From positions 1 to 47,844 of the forward strand of contig JAFPCL010000007.1 of NCBI GenBank assembly GCA_017390225.1: a stretch of 47,844 nucleotides of DNA. The letters run 5' to 3'. Origin of the DNA: Clostridia bacterium (GTDB lineage: Bacteria > Bacillota > Clostridia > CAKSNL01 > HGM11501). This document shows positions 1 through 8,542 of this stretch, piece by piece. Within the stretch, counting starts at the first letter, position 1. The number at the start of each line of letters is the position of its first letter. Below the pieces are notes generated by a model. The model did no database searches. It was given only the letters and a program-made list of their open reading frames with translations, and was not told the DNA's origin. Both the position numbers and the translations under genes were made by a program.

Positions 1-2
1 TC

Positions 3-353
3 TTGCCCGTGGGTATATCGTTCTACCTCTTTCAACTGTTAGCACTTGCCGATAAACTGCGCGATTTGGAATATCCTTTTTTACAGATGGATTACTATCA
101 AAAAGAGCTTCATGGAAAAAGCTCCATCAAGCAAGTGCTTCCCACCCTTTATCCCAATGATCCAACGCTGGACTATAGCCGTCTTGCCATTCACGACGGT
201 GCCGCCGCTAACGGACTATATGAAGCATTGGCAGGAATGACGGAAGAAAAAAGAGAACAGACACGGCAGGATTTATTGACCTATTGCTGTCTGGACACAT
301 GGGCGATGGTGAAAATCTGGGAAAAATTAAAGCTTGCTGTTGGCATGAAATAG
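3..353 (+). CDS. C-terminal fragment of a DUF2779-like (RecB-type nuclease fold) protein; the 5' end lies outside the window
   Basis: The ORF is open to the left window edge. The C-terminal 'QDLLTYCCLDTWAMVKIWEKL' resembles the conserved end of DUF2779 proteins. A hairpin terminator follows. Confidence 0.5.
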   Translation: MPVGISFYLFQLLALADKLRDLEYPFLQMDYYQKELHGKSSIKQVLPTLYPNDPTLDYSRLAIHDGAAANGLYEALAGMTEEKREQTRQDLLTYCCLDTWAMVKIWEKLKLAVGMK

Positions 354-414
354 TGCTGTGTTTTTTAAAAGCGATTTATTTTTTAATATTTTATAAAAAC
401 TGTACGCCGATATC

Positions 415-462
415 AGAAAAAAAGATGCTCATCTCTTAAAAAAGAGGCGAGCATCTTTTTTC
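415..462. terminator. Bidirectional intrinsic terminator between convergent genes
   Basis: AGATGCTC (423-430) pairs with GAGCATCT (449-456), with inner CTCTT/AAGAG pairing. An A-run lies on the left and a T-run on the right (456-461). Confidence 0.6.
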
Positions 463-479
463 ATATATGTTTTAAAAAA

Positions 480-2030
480 TTAGGATTCGCTTTCAGGTAA
501 GGTATAAATTGAAATAATAACGTAATTTTTTTCCATGCGCAGACAAACGAGAAGCGATTTATCCCCGTTCGTCTGCCAGAAGGAGTCGGAGGATATGGGA
601 GTAAATCCGACGGAAAGAAGCATTTCACTGTATTCGGCAATCAAGGTTTCTTGGTTGGCTTTGACCATATAGGTATAATCAAAAGACGGGCCTTGGGTGG
701 TCGTGCCGCCGTTGACGCCACAGTTGATGCCGAAATCCGGTACCTTGGGGTGTGTAGTATAGAATGTCAATTCTTTGTTGGCATACTTGTTGTATACTTC
801 AAGTGGCGTAATGGCAATCTGGAAGTAGGAAGCACCATCCAAAATTGTAGAGAGCTGTACAGAATGGGTATTTGATTCATAGATGCCCGGTCTGCCAATC
901 TTTTCGCTAAATGCACATTTGTAGAGAAGTTCAACATAAATAGAAACCATTTCCTCGGTGAACTCTGCGGAGGGATAACGGTAATAGAGACCATTAGGAT
1001 CCTCTATGACGGAAGAGAACGTCCACACGGAGGAAGGATCCGGAACAGAAATTTGGCTTTCAAAGCAGTAAAAGTCTGTAGGAATCGGATCGATATACAA
1101 GGCAGGGGAGGCAATCATAATGGCATTTTTCTCGCTGTCCCAAGCGGTTGTATATTCCAACTGGGAAATTACGCTAATCGGCATATAGACCGTGCCGTCC
1201 AAGCGGAGAACAGGAATTTCTGTTTTACTGGCAATGCCGGTGTTTTCAAGAGTATTGCTGCCCGGTGTAAGTGTCAGGAAAATAGAATCTTTTTGCACGG
1301 AGATTTTGTCCGTTTCGCTATCACATGTGACAGTAGCTCCCAAAAGCTCCATCATCTCTCGCAAAGGAACCATGGTGCGGCTGTTGATGACCTTGGCAGG
1401 AGATGAAAACGTAATCGGTGCATTATCAAGATAAAAGCCGGCAGAAGAATCATAAACCGTAACAAGATCCAAGTAATCGGGCGTTTGGTTTTGCTTTTCA
1501 TAGTAGGCATTCATTTCAAAAAAATTGGATGTACTATAAAGCCGTTCTTCTTCGGTATAGGTGAACTCGGGACGTGGAACTGTCCATCCGGTGCTATCCC
1601 AATCGGGGGTGGCGATAATCACGGAGCGATATTCAGCGTGCCAATCGACCGTACATTCCAGACTTTCTGAAACGGCACGCAAGGGAATCAAAGTGCGGCT
1701 GTTAACGATGCAGGGAGCGACGTCTAATGTATGCGGAATAAAGTTGACCGTATAGGTGTGGCTGTCCACAGTGAACACAACCGTGCGAGAGGAAGAAACG
1801 CCGGTGGCAGAGCGCGTCTGATCGTCCCAGGAGACGGTGGCGCCCAGCTTTTCAAAAATACCGCGCAAAGGCACCATGGTGCGCCCGTCCATAATGCAAG
1901 GCTCCACATCAAATGTCAAACGGTTTCCGTTTAAATAGACCAGAATATCATCTGCATCTGCGGCGCCGGCCGTATAGATCATACCGAAAAACAGACAGCA
2001 TAGGGATAATATAAGAAATATTTTTTTCAT
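480..2030 (-). CDS. Secreted protein with repeated copper-amine-oxidase N-terminal-like (stalk) domains and an uncharacterised C-terminal half
   Basis: N-terminal signal peptide MKKIFLILSLCCLFFGMIYTAGA. There are three copies of the 'DG(R/T)xMVPLR.....LGA.V.W' motif typical of Cu_amine_oxidN1 domains. Confidence 0.7.
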   Translation of the reverse strand: MKKIFLILSLCCLFFGMIYTAGAADADDILVYLNGNRLTFDVEPCIMDGRTMVPLRGIFEKLGATVSWDDQTRSATGVSSSRTVVFTVDSHTYTVNFIPHTLDVAPCIVNSRTLIPLRAVSESLECTVDWHAEYRSVIIATPDWDSTGWTVPRPEFTYTEEERLYSTSNFFEMNAYYEKQNQTPDYLDLVTVYDSSAGFYLDNAPITFSSPAKVINSRTMVPLREMMELLGATVTCDSETDKISVQKDSIFLTLTPGSNTLENTGIASKTEIPVLRLDGTVYMPISVISQLEYTTAWDSEKNAIMIASPALYIDPIPTDFYCFESQISVPDPSSVWTFSSVIEDPNGLYYRYPSAEFTEEMVSIYVELLYKCAFSEKIGRPGIYESNTHSVQLSTILDGASYFQIAITPLEVYNKYANKELTFYTTHPKVPDFGINCGVNGGTTTQGPSFDYTYMVKANQETLIAEYSEMLLSVGFTPISSDSFWQTNGDKSLLVCLRMEKNYVIISIYTLPESES

Positions 2031-2048
2031 ACAAGAAACATTCCTTTC

Positions 2049-2741
2049 TTAATGGGAAATACCCAATAAATTCAAAAGCTCCGAATAATTTTTTGCCTCC
2101 ATGGTGGGAGGCGTATCAAGGGTACACTTTTTATTATAGCGGTTAAACCAGCAGGTGTCAAGTTCTGCATTTTGCCCACCGGTAATGTCCGAGGTAAGGG
2201 AGTCACCGATGACAAGCACCTTTTTGGGGTCTTGTTCTTCAATATGAGAAAGAACATAGGAAAAATACTCTTTTTTCGGCTTGGCGTAGCCGATGGCTTC
2301 CGAAATGAAGGTTTCGGAGAAAAAATGATCGATACGAGCGGCGGCAAGACGTTTGATTTGCACGTGGGCGGTGCCGTTGGTGATCATATATAGGGAAAAA
2401 TGCTGTTTTACGGTTTCCAAAAAGTCCATAGCACCGTCAATCAGATCACTACCCAAAGATAAGTTGTCCGTGTACTGTCGGTTGACTTCTTTGGCATCAG
2501 CCACAATGCCGAGCTCGGCTAAAAACAGCGAAAAGCGGGCAACGGTCAGAATCGGCTTGGTGGTTTCCCCGCGCTCCAGCTTTTTCCACTGGGCATCGTT
2601 GATTTCAGAGTAGCGTTTATGCTCTTGCTCCGAAATTGCATAGCCCAATTCCTGCATGGTGAGAAAAAGTGCCTTTTTTTCGGCGGCGGCAAAATCCAGC
2701 AGTGTTTCGTCTGCATCTAAAAGCAAGGTGGAATATGTCAT
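2049..2741 (-). CDS. HAD-superfamily hydrolase, YjjG-like noncanonical pyrimidine nucleotidase
   Basis: Start chosen at MTYSTLLLDADETLLDF (DxDxT HAD motif I). The C-terminal part contains 'VIGDSLTSDITGG' (motif IV). ATG 2741 overlaps the upstream stop as ATGA. The longer track ORF (to 2873) overlaps tsaC and is rejected. Confidence 0.8.
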   Translation of the reverse strand: MTYSTLLLDADETLLDFAAAEKKALFLTMQELGYAISEQEHKRYSEINDAQWKKLERGETTKPILTVARFSLFLAELGIVADAKEVNRQYTDNLSLGSDLIDGAMDFLETVKQHFSLYMITNGTAHVQIKRLAAARIDHFFSETFISEAIGYAKPKKEYFSYVLSHIEEQDPKKVLVIGDSLTSDITGGQNAELDTCWFNRYNKKCTLDTPPTMEAKNYSELLNLLGISH

Positions 2742-3730
2742 AGAATATCGCCTCCTGCCGCTTTGGTTAATCGATTGATGACGGCGGTGCCGATTCCATC
2801 GGGGGACGGTAGCACGGCATACAATGTGCGAATGCCGCGGCGGTCTGCCTCTCGAAGATAAGAGAACAGGCATGCCGCATAATCGGCGGCAGTTTTTCCT
2901 GCAGATAATAAATGGGCGGCACGATAGCCCGATTCTTCTACAGAAAGCGCTAAAATACCGGCGTCGGGATCATTTTCTGTCAGACGGTTGACATCAAGGA
3001 CAGATAAAGTCTTTACGGCAAACACTTTGGCATCGGGGGCATAATGGGTGTATTTCATGCCGGGGCAGGCGGGCTTATCGCAGTGATTTGCGGATGCATA
3101 GGTACAATCGGGCAAAAAGGGAAGAAGCATCTCTAAACTGACGGCACCGGGCCGCAAGATTCGAGGGGTCGAACTTGTCAAATCCAAAACCGTGGACTCA
3201 ACGCCGTGCTCTGATGTGCCGCCGTCTAAAATCATTTCGATTTTTCCTTCCATGTCTGCCAGTACGTCGGCGGCGGTGGTGGGGCTGGGTCTGCCGGAAG
3301 TGTTGGCAGAAGGGGCGGCAATGCCGCTTCCTGCCGCTTTGATCAGCCGGTATGCTATCGGATGAGAAGGAAGCCGAATCGCAACGGTATCAAGCCCTGC
3401 GGTGACGGCATCGGGCACAGACGGCTGTTTTTTAAAAATCATGGTCAGCGGGCCACCCCAGAATTCTTCTGCCAGGCGTTCTGCAATCGGAGGAATCTCC
3501 CGTGCATAGCGCGTGACTTCCGAAAAGTCGGCAATGTGAATAATAAGCGGATTGTCCGACGGTCTTCCCTTGGCGGCGAATATTTTTTTCACGGCGGTTT
3601 CATTGGTGGCTAAAGCACCTAAGCCGTAGACCGTTTCGGTCGGGAAAGCAACCAAGCCACCGTCATTTAAAATGGCGGCGGCACGTTGCACGTGTTCTTC
3701 TGTTACAGAGGATATAAAGGAGGTTTGCAT
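2738..3730 (-). CDS. tsaC: L-threonylcarbamoyladenylate synthase (Sua5/YwlC-type TsaC with C-terminal Sua5 domain)
   Basis: 'GGLVAFPTETVYGLGA' and 'RPSDNPLIIH' motifs. The 330-aa length fits the two-domain Sua5 form. AGGAG SD lies 8 nt upstream. Confidence 0.9.
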   Translation of the reverse strand: MQTSFISSVTEEHVQRAAAILNDGGLVAFPTETVYGLGALATNETAVKKIFAAKGRPSDNPLIIHIADFSEVTRYAREIPPIAERLAEEFWGGPLTMIFKKQPSVPDAVTAGLDTVAIRLPSHPIAYRLIKAAGSGIAAPSANTSGRPSPTTAADVLADMEGKIEMILDGGTSEHGVESTVLDLTSSTPRILRPGAVSLEMLLPFLPDCTYASANHCDKPACPGMKYTHYAPDAKVFAVKTLSVLDVNRLTENDPDAGILALSVEESGYRAAHLLSAGKTAADYAACLFSYLREADRRGIRTLYAVLPSPDGIGTAVINRLTKAAGGDIL

Positions 3731-3751
3731 GGGGATTCTCCTGTCTATGCG

Positions 3752-6028
3752 TTATTTTGTGTATACGAAATAATCGTCGATATAGGGGCGAAGGGTAAGA
3801 CCGTCCCAAAGGAATATTTTAAGTGTTTTTGTGTTTTCTAAAATGATAATCCGATGCTCTTTTTTCTTCATGCCGAGATTGTCGGGCTTGATGCGGTCAA
3901 CGGACACAGCAAGGATTTCGTCGCTTTCGCCGTATTGAACGGCATACAGATAATCGGGTTCGGTATCTTTGATGCCTGTCAGGTTGTTGAACACCGTACC
4001 GATTTCGATTTCTCCGGAAGCGGGAAGCGTAGACACATAATCGTCCACCAAAGGATCGGTGTTGTAAATGGTGGAGGCATAGTATCGCAAATCGTTGCGA
4101 GTCTCTTGTGCACCGTCCTTCAAAGAACGGGGACGGTAGTCGGCAACAAATCTGTCGCTAACCAGTTCAAAACGCAGAGATTCCATGTTACCTTTTTCAA
4201 AATTGGTGGCACGAAGTGTTTTCTGCTTGGATGTATCATTGGTGCGAACATAATCTACCACGCAAGCGGCGGCGGCAGGGTCAATTTGGTCGCCGAGTGC
4301 TTTTGTCACACCATAGCAAATGCCGACGGAGAAAGAATTATTGCTGATGACGAATTCAGGGAAGGACACATCATAGGTTGAAGGATCGGTCATATCGTAG
4401 CGGATGAAGTGAACGCCGACCAAAGCTTCGGGGTTATCAAGACAACGGATTAAAAAGCTGTGCTTCGGGGGGATGGCATAGCCGTCTAAAGAAGCATATT
4501 CCGTGAAGCCGCCGACTTCACCGTATTGCAAGGAGCAACCATCCAGAGAAATCGTTTCCTCGCCGGCGTTGAAAAACTCCACGAAGGTGTGGGAGAAGGG
4601 ACAGTCGAGTGCCCATCCGCCACCGTAGACCTGATTGATCATCAAAGAGGACAGGTGTTCGGGAACGGAGGGAAGAGAGCTGTCGGTGCACTGCCATGCG
4701 CCATCTTTGGTGCTGCGGGGACGAACAAAGGAAAGCTCGGCAGTGCGGTAGTCTACGACTAAAAAGTCCTTGTCGTTGTTGTCCGTGTCGGTGAAGAACA
4801 CACGGCGCAGGGCTTTTTGCTTGGACTGCCCGAGCACGGGGTCTTTTTCTCCGCCGTCGGTGTCGCCGTCTAAGTTTCCCATGCCGATCATATCCACATA
4901 GCCATAGGCTTTTGTGCCTTGTCCGTCGGTGTCGAAGGGGTTTATCGAAGTCAGGGGCTGTGTGGTTGCCAAAAGGACAATCTTTGCGCCCTTGTTATTT
5001 ATGTAAATATCCCAGGTTTTATCATAGCTTGCGTTGAAAAGATTCAGTCTGCCGACGTTGCCTGAAATATAACTGGTATCGTTGATATGTTCGCCGCAAC
5101 GAACCAAATAGGAAGTGTGGGCAGCAAGAGTGCCGGAAAGCTTGAGCCTTGCATAGGCGGCACCCTCGGGAGCATATTGCAAGCTCCAGCCGTTTAAAGA
5201 AACGGCACTGTCCGTGGGATTATACAGCTCGATGAAGCCGTGGGTGACAGCTGTGCCGTTATCGCCGGAATCGCCGCCACCGTATGCCTGATTGATGACG
5301 ATGGGGGGAATGGAAGTCGGCGCTTGCGTGTAAGTTTCCGGGGTATAAGCACCGGAGGCTAAAGAACGCGGGCCATACATTTCAAGATCGATAAACCGAA
5401 GGTCGGCGGCAATAAAGTCAACACTGTTGTTATCGGTATCGACAAGATTGGCACGCACAATGGTATTTTGCTTGGAAATATCAAAAACAGGAGCTGTTTC
5501 TGCGATAGTCGAAGCCGTGGTGGTTGCCGAAACCATATCCACATAGCCGGAAGCTTTCGTGCCCGCACCGTCAATATCAAAGGGATTGGAAACAGTGAGC
5601 AGTGCAGTGGACTGCATCAGAACCACTTTACATTCTTTATTGTTCAGAAGCTGAGACCAGGACATATCGTAATCTCCGTCGTAAAGATTCACACGGCCGA
5701 CATCGCCTGTGATATATAAACGGTTGCTGATATGGGCACTGCCGCGCACTAAAAAAGAATGCTTGGCAGGCACGGTGCCTGATAGACGGAGCATCACCCA
5801 ATTGTCACTGTCGGCACTTTTATATTGCAGGCTGTATCCGGAAAGGGAAACAGAGGAATCGCTATCGTTATATAACTCCACATAGGAGTGGGTGGAAGCA
5901 CAGGCATTGTCTGCCGCAATACCGCCGCCGTATACGGAACGGATCATGAGTCCGTCTGCGGCATAAGCAGAAACACAAAGCAGCAGCAAGCAGACCGATA
6001 AAAGCAATACGAACAAGGATTTTTTCAT
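3752..6028 (-). CDS. Secreted protein with three tandem lamin-tail-domain (LTD) modules
   Basis: Signal peptide MKKSLFVLLLSVCLLLLCVSAYA. There are three roughly 200-aa repeats, each starting 'I(N/R)(Q/S)VYGGG....H.F(I/V)E(L/F)(Y/F)N......L.G.SLQY' and ending 'D..DF...D.R......RPRS...GA'. Start set at ATG 6028 (AAAGGAG 10 nt upstream) rather than the track TTG at 6037. Confidence 0.75.
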   Translation of the reverse strand: MKKSLFVLLLSVCLLLLCVSAYAADGLMIRSVYGGGIAADNACASTHSYVELYNDSDSSVSLSGYSLQYKSADSDNWVMLRLSGTVPAKHSFLVRGSAHISNRLYITGDVGRVNLYDGDYDMSWSQLLNNKECKVVLMQSTALLTVSNPFDIDGAGTKASGYVDMVSATTTASTIAETAPVFDISKQNTIVRANLVDTDNNSVDFIAADLRFIDLEMYGPRSLASGAYTPETYTQAPTSIPPIVINQAYGGGDSGDNGTAVTHGFIELYNPTDSAVSLNGWSLQYAPEGAAYARLKLSGTLAAHTSYLVRCGEHINDTSYISGNVGRLNLFNASYDKTWDIYINNKGAKIVLLATTQPLTSINPFDTDGQGTKAYGYVDMIGMGNLDGDTDGGEKDPVLGQSKQKALRRVFFTDTDNNDKDFLVVDYRTAELSFVRPRSTKDGAWQCTDSSLPSVPEHLSSLMINQVYGGGWALDCPFSHTFVEFFNAGEETISLDGCSLQYGEVGGFTEYASLDGYAIPPKHSFLIRCLDNPEALVGVHFIRYDMTDPSTYDVSFPEFVISNNSFSVGICYGVTKALGDQIDPAAAACVVDYVRTNDTSKQKTLRATNFEKGNMESLRFELVSDRFVADYRPRSLKDGAQETRNDLRYYASTIYNTDPLVDDYVSTLPASGEIEIGTVFNNLTGIKDTEPDYLYAVQYGESDEILAVSVDRIKPDNLGMKKKEHRIIILENTKTLKIFLWDGLTLRPYIDDYFVYTK

Positions 6029-6114
6029 AAAATTCAAGCTCCTTTTTACATATATTTATAGAATACCATAAATTTAAGAAAAAATCCAGTAGGTTCACAG
6101 AATTTTTTTTATTT

Positions 6115-6888
6115 TTACATATATTTTCGAAGGCGGAGTAGTGCTGCCTTTTCCATGCGGGAAACTTGCGCTTGCGAAATGCCGATATCGCGGGAAACCT
6201 CCATTTGTGTCCGTCCGTTGAAAAATCGAAGAGTCAGAACCTTTTTTTCCCGTTCCGAAAGGTGCGCCATCGCTTCTTTTACGGCTAAATTCTCCACCCA
6301 CATATCCACCGTGTCACGAGAATCACCCAGCTGATCCATAATATACAAAGCATCGCCGTTTTCATGATAAATCGGTTCATATAAAGACACAGGCTCTGTG
6401 ATAGCTTCCAAAGCACGGGTGATTTCTTCGGGGGTGACCTCCAAAAGCACGGCAAGCTCTTCGACCTTGGGTTCTCTTTGCTTTTCCGACAGAAGCTGTT
6501 CTCGCAGTTGCAGGGTTTTATAAGCAAGATCACGCATGGAGCGGCTGACACGAATCATATTGTTGTCACGAAGATAACGGCGAATCTCGCCGATAATCAT
6601 GGGAACGGCGTAGGTTGAAAACCGCACGTTCAGGCTTGTGTCGAAATTATCAATGGCTTTCATAAGCCCCACACAGCCAATCTGAAACAAATCGTCAATA
6701 TTTTCGTTGCGATTGGCAAAGCGCTGGATCACCGAAAGCACCAGACGCAGATTCCCTAAAATGAGCGCTTCTCTGGCACTTTTGTCACCACTGTCAAGAC
6801 GTGCAAACAGTGCTTCTTTTTCCGCTTCGGACAAAACCTTCAGCTTTGCCGTATTCACGCCGCAAATTTCCACCTTGTTTTTGATCAT
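6115..6888 (-). CDS. sigG: Forespore RNA polymerase sigma factor SigG
   Basis: 'NKVEICGV.T.KL.VL', 'GNLRLVLSVIQRF.NR', 'FSTYAVPMIIGEIRRYLRDNN.IRVSRS' are near-identical to B. subtilis SigG. Start at MIKNK (GAAGGGGG SD 7 nt upstream) rather than the track start at 6906. Confidence 0.9.
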   Translation of the reverse strand: MIKNKVEICGVNTAKLKVLSEAEKEALFARLDSGDKSAREALILGNLRLVLSVIQRFANRNENIDDLFQIGCVGLMKAIDNFDTSLNVRFSTYAVPMIIGEIRRYLRDNNMIRVSRSMRDLAYKTLQLREQLLSEKQREPKVEELAVLLEVTPEEITRALEAITEPVSLYEPIYHENGDALYIMDQLGDSRDTVDMWVENLAVKEAMAHLSEREKKVLTLRFFNGRTQMEVSRDIGISQAQVSRMEKAALLRLRKYM

Positions 6889-6920
6889 AAAAAAAGCCCC
6901 CTTCAAAGTCCTTACATTTT

Positions 6921-6951
6921 AAGTATGGACAGAAAAGAGGGTGCAGTATAC
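6921..6951 (-). promoter_or_regulatory. Possible forespore (sigma-F/G-type) promoter upstream of sigG
   Basis: Minus strand reads GTATA-N19-CATACTT. The sigma-G consensus is GHATR-N18-CATXHTA, so the spacer is one nt long and the last -10 base mismatches. Confidence 0.3.
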
Positions 6952-6977
6952 AAGAGATTTTTTCTTTGTTTGTCGAT

Positions 6978-7700
6978 TTATGCTAACATGACACAAAGAA
7001 GTGCATGGGCAAAAAGCTCGTGCATTTTTGCTGTGGGATGGTTGATGTAATTCGCCAGAAGCTCCGTGGTGTCGATGCCCTTTTCATCCATGGATTTCCA
7101 CAGGGCATACACATCGGCAACGGGAATATCGTATTCCTTTGCGGCATCGCGCATGGCATCCATATAAGCATCCATGGTGCCGTCCTTTTGCCTTGCGGCA
7201 CAGGCGGCGGCAATATCTGTCATTACACCGGGCATCAGATGTGGGCTGACATAGGTGTTCATCATGTTGGGTGTCATGGCGATGACTTCACTTCCGGCGG
7301 CTTTGAGCTTTGCAAAAATTTCCCTAAGGGCATTTTTGTAGGTGTCGATGCCGGCTAACCCATGTCCGTTGTCATTGAGCCCGAAGCAAACCACGGTCAG
7401 ATCGGGGTGGTATGCCAAAATGTCCCGATCGATACGGGCAAGGCCGCCGGGAGCACTGTCGCCGCTGATGCCGGCATTGATAATATGAACGGCGGCAGGC
7501 GGACAAAGCTCTGCGAGCTGTCTTCGAAGCACGGCACTGTAGGCATCTTCTCTTTTAAAGACGGTTTCAATCTGTCCGGGGGCTTTTTCGTAGATTTCAA
7601 AACAACCTTGGGTGACACTGTCGCCTAAAAAGGCGATGGTGACGGGGGCGGCGCCGCGAAGGTCGCTTCCTTTTTGCGCGATTTTTTCAAAAATTTTCAT
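6978..7700 (-). CDS. SGNH/GDSL-family hydrolase (esterase/acylhydrolase)
   Basis: 'IAFLGDSVTQG' (block I, GDS), 'INAGISGDS' (block II), 'VVCFGLNDN' (block III). The start ATG overlaps the upstream stop (TAATG). Confidence 0.85.
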   Translation of the reverse strand: MKIFEKIAQKGSDLRGAAPVTIAFLGDSVTQGCFEIYEKAPGQIETVFKREDAYSAVLRRQLAELCPPAAVHIINAGISGDSAPGGLARIDRDILAYHPDLTVVCFGLNDNGHGLAGIDTYKNALREIFAKLKAAGSEVIAMTPNMMNTYVSPHLMPGVMTDIAAACAARQKDGTMDAYMDAMRDAAKEYDIPVADVYALWKSMDEKGIDTTELLANYINHPTAKMHELFAHALLCVMLA

Positions 7701-8542
7701 TACAAATTCACCTCATATATCAATTTTCGAAGGGTTTGAACTGACGCCGTATCGGGGCGACAGGCAAGGGAGAAAAAAGGAATGTTTTGAGAAAGATCGG
7801 AAAAGATGTTCAATGCTTTTTCTGCCAACAGAGGATGAAAAAGAGGAAGCTCCGCTTGTTCCATCATGGCGGCTATATCTTTTTCCGAGGCACGAGAAGC
7901 CAAATTTTGGGGCGCTTTTTTAAGAAGCGTTACGGCGGCAATCGGAGCACGTTCATTCAAGAAAACAAAAGAAGAACCGGCAACAGGCAAGCCGTAAGCT
8001 AAATATATGCCGTCTTTTTTTCTGATTAAAATACGGTCGCCGTTGAGAAGACGGGCGCCTGTGGTTTCTTGCCATAATGCGGCATGGGTGGATTTTCCGC
8101 CGCCGGAAGGGGCAGTGAAAATATAGGCTTTTTCATCGTGCACCACGGTGGCGGCATGGAAAAACAATCCCTCATGGGGAAGAAATGCGATGCCGAAGGG
8201 AATGAAATTTAAAGCAGCACCAAAAGACAGGGGACTATCCTTTGCCAAAGTGATGGATGCGGAATAAAAATCTTCGGAAATACGGGTACGGCAAAGCTCT
8301 CGGCCGTCGGGCAGAAAGTGGCAGAATACAAGAGAATTGTTATGTATCCACACATGACGACCGGGCGTTTGAAACAGCAGTGTGCCTTTCTGCGGCGCAA
8401 GGCTTTCTTTGGAAACCGTGACCGAAAAATTCGGCGAAGCCACCGCATCGCAGACAAAGGGAATAAAGTTTTCCGGAAGCGACAGAGACGCTTCCGAATG
8501 AACGGAAAAGAAAATATCGCCGATACAAAGTGTGGTCTGCAT
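7700..8542 (-). CDS. HPr-kinase-C-like P-loop protein (ScmC-like / RiPP-associated kinase-like)
   Basis: 'FFHAATVVHDEKAYIFTAPSGGGKSTHAALW' resembles the 'HA.AV...G.A.L..G.SG.GKST.A' core of HprK-related proteins found next to PqqD/rSAM genes. TAATG overlap with the rSAM gene. Confidence 0.55.
   Translation of the reverse strand: MQTTLCIGDIFFSVHSEASLSLPENFIPFVCDAVASPNFSVTVSKESLAPQKGTLLFQTPGRHVWIHNNSLVFCHFLPDGRELCRTRISEDFYSASITLAKDSPLSFGAALNFIPFGIAFLPHEGLFFHAATVVHDEKAYIFTAPSGGGKSTHAALWQETTGARLLNGDRILIRKKDGIYLAYGLPVAGSSFVFLNERAPIAAVTLLKKAPQNLASRASEKDIAAMMEQAELPLFHPLLAEKALNIFSDLSQNIPFFSLACRPDTASVQTLRKLIYEVNL

Noticed and set aside
2742-2873. N-terminal extensions of track ORFs: 2049-2873, 10742-11731, 11628-, 21431-, 31466-, 36908-, 38434-, 43157-, 6906 and 6037 starts
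   Set aside because: The extensions overlap upstream genes or promoters and lack an SD. The internal ATG (or TTG) that matches the conserved protein N-terminus has a properly spaced SD in every case.
6038-6114. Forespore or sigma-A promoter for the LTD gene in the sigG-LTD spacer
   Set aside because: The spacer is an AT-rich stretch with no convincing -35/-10 pair or GHATR/CATXHTA combination. It is left unannotated and read-through from sigG is considered instead.
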